Positions 53,601 through 58,605 of a stretch of 58,605 bases of DNA are shown here, one piece after another (position 1 is the first letter of the stretch; every line of letters starts with the position of its first letter). The translations under genes were made by a program, and so were the position numbers. Location: assembly GCA_008369845.1 (NCBI GenBank), contig MRSU01000520.1, forward strand, positions 1-58,605, written 5' to 3'. The notes beneath the pieces were generated by a model. That model searched no databases. It was not told the origin of the DNA and saw nothing but the letters and a program-made list of their open reading frames with translations. The stretch comes from Trichomonas gallinae. Lineage: Eukaryota.

Positions 53601-54632
53601 ATGACAAATAATTATGTTAAAGGTGAGGGTAATAGAATCATAGAATTCGATAAAGATTATCCCGAAGAAATTGTTGTTGTATCAGATGTTTATGAAATTG
53701 TTGGATCAGAATCTTGCAACAGATGTATGACTAAAAGTGTAGATTTAAGCCAGACAAAGATTAAAATCATTGAGTCTCACGCGTTTAATTATTCGTCGAA
53801 TTTGATAAGTGTCAAATTTCCTGCATCACTGCTTAGAATTGAAACAAATGCTTTCTTTCGCTCAGAATTAGAGAGTATTTACATTACTCCTAGTGTTGAA
53901 TTTATAATTGGCTCATCTTTTAACATGTGTCCAAACTTGAACACTTACGAAGTTGACCGAGAAAATAAGCATTTTTACTCTGAAAATAATTTTATTTTTA
54001 CAATCAATAAAACAGTTTTAGTAAAAGCTCCGATGTCATTTGATTCTCTAAATATCCCTCTGCGTGATACAGTAGATAAACTTGGAGAAGCATTCATGAC
54101 ACAAGCAACAATCAAATCATTTTTCGGATGGAAAGGACTCAAACAAATATCACAAATGACTTTCCATGGTTCAGATACCTTAAATCTTGTTGATATATCA
54201 ATGACAAAGATTATATCCTTGCCAACAGGATCTTTTAGGTACTGTCCAAATTTAAAAACAATCAAATTGCCAGAAACTCTTTTATCAATCGAGAAGAATG
54301 CTTTCATTTTCTTAAACTATCCTTCATCAATCTTCATTCCTCATTCTGTAATTTCTCTTTCTAATAACGCATTCACCAATGTAACTAAACTTAATTCTAT
54401 AATATATCTCGGCAATGTTTCATTTGCTTCATCAAATTTATTCATGAATTGTTTCAAAATGAATGAAGTTCATGTCACATCACTTTATCCATCAACAACT
54501 TTCGCCAATTTCAATGTAAAATATGACGCCTATGATCTAATTTATCGAGCAGCAACTGTAATTACTTGCAATAGCATTATCACATTCTATTTTAATTTTT
54601 ATTTGATGTATGTTGTATTCCTTGTTATATAG
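53601..54632 (+). CDS. BspA-like leucine-rich repeat (TpLRR) protein; ancestral N-terminus appears disrupted
   Basis: Repeats such as IKIIESHAFNYSSNLISVKFPASLLRIETNAF and FRYCPNLKTIKLPETLLSIEKNAF; hydrophobic C-terminus. Confidence 0.88.
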   Translation: MTNNYVKGEGNRIIEFDKDYPEEIVVVSDVYEIVGSESCNRCMTKSVDLSQTKIKIIESHAFNYSSNLISVKFPASLLRIETNAFFRSELESIYITPSVEFIIGSSFNMCPNLNTYEVDRENKHFYSENNFIFTINKTVLVKAPMSFDSLNIPLRDTVDKLGEAFMTQATIKSFFGWKGLKQISQMTFHGSDTLNLVDISMTKIISLPTGSFRYCPNLKTIKLPETLLSIEKNAFIFLNYPSSIFIPHSVISLSNNAFTNVTKLNSIIYLGNVSFASSNLFMNCFKMNEVHVTSLYPSTTFANFNVKYDAYDLIYRAATVITCNSIITFYFNFYLMYVVFLVI

Positions 54633-55200
54633 ATGATATGACGATCATCGAAATCTCAGAAAATGGTTATTTTTTAATCTACTAAACATTTTTCTTTCAC
54701 TATTGACTTCAATATATAATGCTGAGATTATTTACACGAATCCATGAATATCTATAACCAATCTAAGAAAGGATGTCGAAAAGTGATGTTAATAGATTTA
54801 TACTGTGTCTCATATATAATTCTATGAATGTTTATACGAATGCATGAATATATAAAAATAATAATACTATTTCAAAATTTGGTGGCATTCTGATTCATAA
54901 CAATTGTCAAGACTTAATGAAAATTTGTGGAGGTTAATAAATCGTTCAAACACTATGAGATTCATCTAACATATTGAGATTTTCTAGTATGTGAATCTTC
55001 TGACCTTACTATATATAACCTTAATTAGGAAGACTGAATGTCCGCACTTATAAGATGATTTTCAAGAAAAAAAAATTAATGAGTCAAATTTAAAGAAAAT
55101 AAGGTTAAAATATGAAACATTTAATTTAATTTTAAAATTGATGTGTATAATGTGAATAAAAGGTAGGTATTTAATAAGGTTAAAAAACAAATTTCGATAA

Positions 55201-55208
55201 AAAGTGAC
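55201..55208 (+). promoter_or_regulatory. AAAGTGAC (M2) motif upstream of the TMEM131-like gene
   Basis: Exact motif ending 12 nt before ATG 55221. Confidence 0.55.
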
Positions 55209-55220
55209 AAAATTTTGATC

Positions 55221-58200
55221 ATGATTTTTTGTTTTCTCTTCATTGATTCATGCGAAATTGATATCAGAATGATGAAGTATATGCCAATATTCAATACATT
55301 ATATAAAAATGATGATAATTTTGTCGATATTGGCTATAAACCAAAATTTTCATCAAAATTCTTCAATCATTTTATCAATCGAAATATGAATCTGGCAGTA
55401 GTCAAATACATTGGCATAAATCCACAAGATACATCAAAGAAAAAAATTATCGATAATAATTTTACGAATCAAAGAGAATGTGTTGAATTTAAACCGGCGC
55501 AACTCACTAATCTTTTCATACAACCAAATGTTCTCAATAATTTTACAATAACTTTGAAAAATATTAAACATGATGAAAAAATTAAGATATCATCCATATA
55601 CTCAAATAATGAAGATATAATCATTCAGAAGATTACAAATATAGATGTTTTTCCCAACGAATCAATAGAATTTTCATTTTCGATTATTTCATTAGAAAAA
55701 TGTTGTAAATCGGAGACAATATTTATCGAAACAAATATTGGTACATTTTTCTATTATATCAGCTATACAGTTTATCCATATTCTCAATTCTCAACAAGAA
55801 TTCTTCATGAATATAGATTTGCTAATAATTTAAACGATATACACATTCATTTCAAACAATTACGAAATCAAGCATTGATTTTCGATTCAAATATATTCGA
55901 TAGCAATGAATCATTCTTAATTGTTTCGAAATTGAATTTAAAACCAAGAAAACTCAAAACTGGAACATACAGAACATTTATATACATACTATCTGACACT
56001 AGGATATATACTTATCAGATTTTCTTGCATATTTCAAAAATCCAAATTTTTTTACCTCAAGAAAAGATAGAATTGAATCTATATCAGAATAATACTATTT
56101 ATACTGTTCCACTCTCAATCACAAATCCAACAGAATTCGATGATAAATTCATCGATTACGAATTCAAAAATAATTCAGATGACTTTTTTTCATTAGACAT
56201 TCGAAATACAGAAGTCAAAACGAATAAGACAGATACTTTTGCAAATCTGCAGTTTTCACTGAAAGAAACCGGAAATTTTAATTCAAAATTAGAAATAATC
56301 TTAAGAAAAGAAACCAAGCTTTATATTGATATCAGTGTTACTATATTACACGGTGAAATTTCTCTGCATCCAATGAAATCAACATTTCATAATTATTTGC
56401 ATAATTTCACTTTGAGAAATTTATTAAATGCACCATTATTAATAACAGGCATTAACATAAACTCAACACTCTTTCATATTGATGATTTTACTCCTCAAAT
56501 TGTTACAAAAAGAACATTTTCTAATCAAATTCTCATTTCTTTAAATAACACTGCAATTTCATCGTCAAAATATCCAGTTCTAATTACTGTTCATACAAAT
56601 TACACAGATATTCAATACTCATTCGATTATTATGTGAATTATGGACTTTCTTTTAATATATTCGGAAAAGGCGTCCAAATGAATGATAATCACTTTTATT
56701 TAGGTTTTGCATATCAAAATTCATCAAAGAACCTTACTCTTCAAATAAGAAATTTGAATAATTTTCAAACATCAATCAAAAGAATAAAAATAACAAATAC
56801 AACAACTATCAACATGCATAACTACACAACAGTGTATGAAATACCAGAAAAAGGCACAAAAATCATTCCTTTTACTTTAACATTTTTATCTAAATGCAAA
56901 GACGGAGAATACTCTGAATTAAAGATACTAACAGACCAAATCTATTATAAAATCAATCTCCTTTGGGATTTTGTCCCAGGAAATTTTGAATTGGAATTAT
57001 ATACAAATCATGATAATATATTTGGAACTCAAATAAATGGCTCAGTAACAATTAAGTCGAATCATACAAAATTTCCTTATATTACCGGAGGAAACATCAA
57101 TATTTTTGGATATGAACATAAACTCAACTCTTCGATTTTAATGCCTAAGCATGAGCATATCCTCGCTGAGTTTAATCAAACTATCAATACAGAAATACCA
57201 GATATCAAACCATTATTTGATCTTTTAGAAAATTCGCCGACACAAGTTGAATTAATGATCTGGACGAATCCAATGTGGAATTCCCCGAAGCTCTACGTGA
57301 GATTAATGGTTGAACTAGAAAATGATTTCTTTTTCACTGGAAATCTTTCAACTAACGTCACTTTTTGGAATTACGACTCTACGACTACAGATTTAGGAAT
57401 AATTCATACTGGAGAGAAAATTGTCCAAAAGCAGACAATCACTAATCACTTCAATGTCCCTGTTCTCTACAAACTGCACAGACCACCTGAATCAAGAAAC
57501 TTTAAAATTTGGTGTTTAGATAAAGTTTTATTGCAGCCACAACAACATGCAGATATTTATGTAATTTTCGAATTAATTCGACCGAGAAAAATATCAAAGG
57601 CTATAACTGTTACTTCCAATGCAACATCGCCTTTCTATTTCAGGTTCAATATGATTGTCAAATCTCCTTCACTAAAGTTCGTAGATGAATACAACAACCC
57701 TATATATTCGGTAGATTATAATGGCGGTTTTAACAAACTTATTGAATCAGAAAAGTGGCAGAAATGTGTCACATTGCATAACATTGGGAGTGAAATTATT
57801 AAGCCATTCCATGTCAGCATGAACCCAAGTCGCTTCTTAAAATATACTCTTGAGCCATCTGACATTCATCCATCGAAGAAATCGCTTTTGTGCTTCAATC
57901 TATATATGTGGTTATATGAGAATGAAACTGACAACACAGATCTTGTTTTTTCTGTGACAACAGGTGGATTCAAGTATTCGTTGCCTGTAAGAATCAATAT
58001 ATCAGATGATACAGTCATGGAAGTTTATTCAGCTGTCGATGCAACAATAGATCTATTGATATCGATGAGTGTTATAGAACAAATTGCATCACTTTTAATT
58101 TCGTTGGTTTTCTTCATTATCTACAGATTGGAAGTGCGTAAAAAACTCAGATTATGTGAGAGAGCTGCTAGACACTATTCCATGTCTTTAAAGGAGTCAA

Positions 58201-58325
58201 AAGGATGCCAAAAAGAAGATGAAGAGAGAATGTTTAGTGAGAAATGGAACTATTCACCGAGAAAATTAAAGATTGCTCGTTCATCAGGAAACGCAATCGA
58301 GAGAATGGAAAATGCTCTTATCTAA
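55221..58325 (+). CDS. TMEM131-like type I membrane protein (tandem PapD/ASH-like Ig folds)
   Basis: Signal MIFCFLFIDS, TITLKN...ISSIYS...IFIETNIGTFFY block, repeated (L/I)xNx(T/F/L) strand motifs, TM IASLLISLVFFIIY and basic tail. Confidence 0.6.
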   Translation: MIFCFLFIDSCEIDIRMMKYMPIFNTLYKNDDNFVDIGYKPKFSSKFFNHFINRNMNLAVVKYIGINPQDTSKKKIIDNNFTNQRECVEFKPAQLTNLFIQPNVLNNFTITLKNIKHDEKIKISSIYSNNEDIIIQKITNIDVFPNESIEFSFSIISLEKCCKSETIFIETNIGTFFYYISYTVYPYSQFSTRILHEYRFANNLNDIHIHFKQLRNQALIFDSNIFDSNESFLIVSKLNLKPRKLKTGTYRTFIYILSDTRIYTYQIFLHISKIQIFLPQEKIELNLYQNNTIYTVPLSITNPTEFDDKFIDYEFKNNSDDFFSLDIRNTEVKTNKTDTFANLQFSLKETGNFNSKLEIILRKETKLYIDISVTILHGEISLHPMKSTFHNYLHNFTLRNLLNAPLLITGININSTLFHIDDFTPQIVTKRTFSNQILISLNNTAISSSKYPVLITVHTNYTDIQYSFDYYVNYGLSFNIFGKGVQMNDNHFYLGFAYQNSSKNLTLQIRNLNNFQTSIKRIKITNTTTINMHNYTTVYEIPEKGTKIIPFTLTFLSKCKDGEYSELKILTDQIYYKINLLWDFVPGNFELELYTNHDNIFGTQINGSVTIKSNHTKFPYITGGNINIFGYEHKLNSSILMPKHEHILAEFNQTINTEIPDIKPLFDLLENSPTQVELMIWTNPMWNSPKLYVRLMVELENDFFFTGNLSTNVTFWNYDSTTTDLGIIHTGEKIVQKQTITNHFNVPVLYKLHRPPESRNFKIWCLDKVLLQPQQHADIYVIFELIRPRKISKAITVTSNATSPFYFRFNMIVKSPSLKFVDEYNNPIYSVDYNGGFNKLIESEKWQKCVTLHNIGSEIIKPFHVSMNPSRFLKYTLEPSDIHPSKKSLLCFNLYMWLYENETDNTDLVFSVTTGGFKYSLPVRINISDDTVMEVYSAVDATIDLLISMSVIEQIASLLISLVFFIIYRLEVRKKLRLCERAARHYSMSLKESKGCQKEDEERMFSEKWNYSPRKLKIARSSGNAIERMENALI

Positions 58326-58605
58326 TTATAATATATTGTTTTTATTTGTTTGAATATAAATCTATTTGTCATGTTATAATATACTCAACATTTTTGATAA
58401 AAAAAAAAAAACTATGGAAACAATCATAAATATATCAATATGCACAATTATCAAACATTCTCTGCAGAGTATATATATACTATATATCATCATTAACATT
58501 TTACGCTTCAACATTTCTTCTTTTACGGCAAAATTCGAAAAAAAAAAAGTTTTGATATTGATTATAACCATAATCAATATTGACTTTTTTTTTTTTTTTT
58601 TTTTT

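Noticed and set aside
58585..58605. Terminal poly-T run
   Set aside because: Homopolymer at the window edge; context is missing, so it cannot be called a terminator or retro-element tail.
1..58605. Spliceosomal introns
   Set aside because: I did not see the trichomonad GTATGT...ACTAACACACAG signature at any frame break, and the main ORFs are continuous; very short introns could have been missed by eye.

Overview
Gene-dense, AT-rich eukaryotic DNA with no introns that I could recognise. It is almost certainly a trichomonad, most likely Trichomonas vaginalis; this is inferred from BspA-like, GP63-like and Bap-like surface families, a hydrogenosome-type leader on an [FeFe]-hydrogenase homolog, and TCAYW initiator and AAAGTGAC motifs before ATGs. 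The window holds a 5'-truncated tRNA-Ser(GCT) and about 21 intact CDS. These include two kinases (one GSK3), glycogen phosphorylase, GP63, a VPS9-like protein, an ACAP-type ArfGAP, Vps26, a CHD/SNF2 helicase, dolichol kinase, an EFHB-like protein, a TMEM131-like protein and two Ig-repeat surface proteins (one of 3439 aa). There are also several decayed genes, a 255-bp TTAA-flanked Kolobok-like MITE and some degenerate intergenic repeats. The strongest candidate for something new is the hydrogenase homolog: it keeps all four [4Fe-4S]H cysteines but has lost the residues that serve the catalytic di-iron site. All calls come from reading motifs by eye; no database searches were run.
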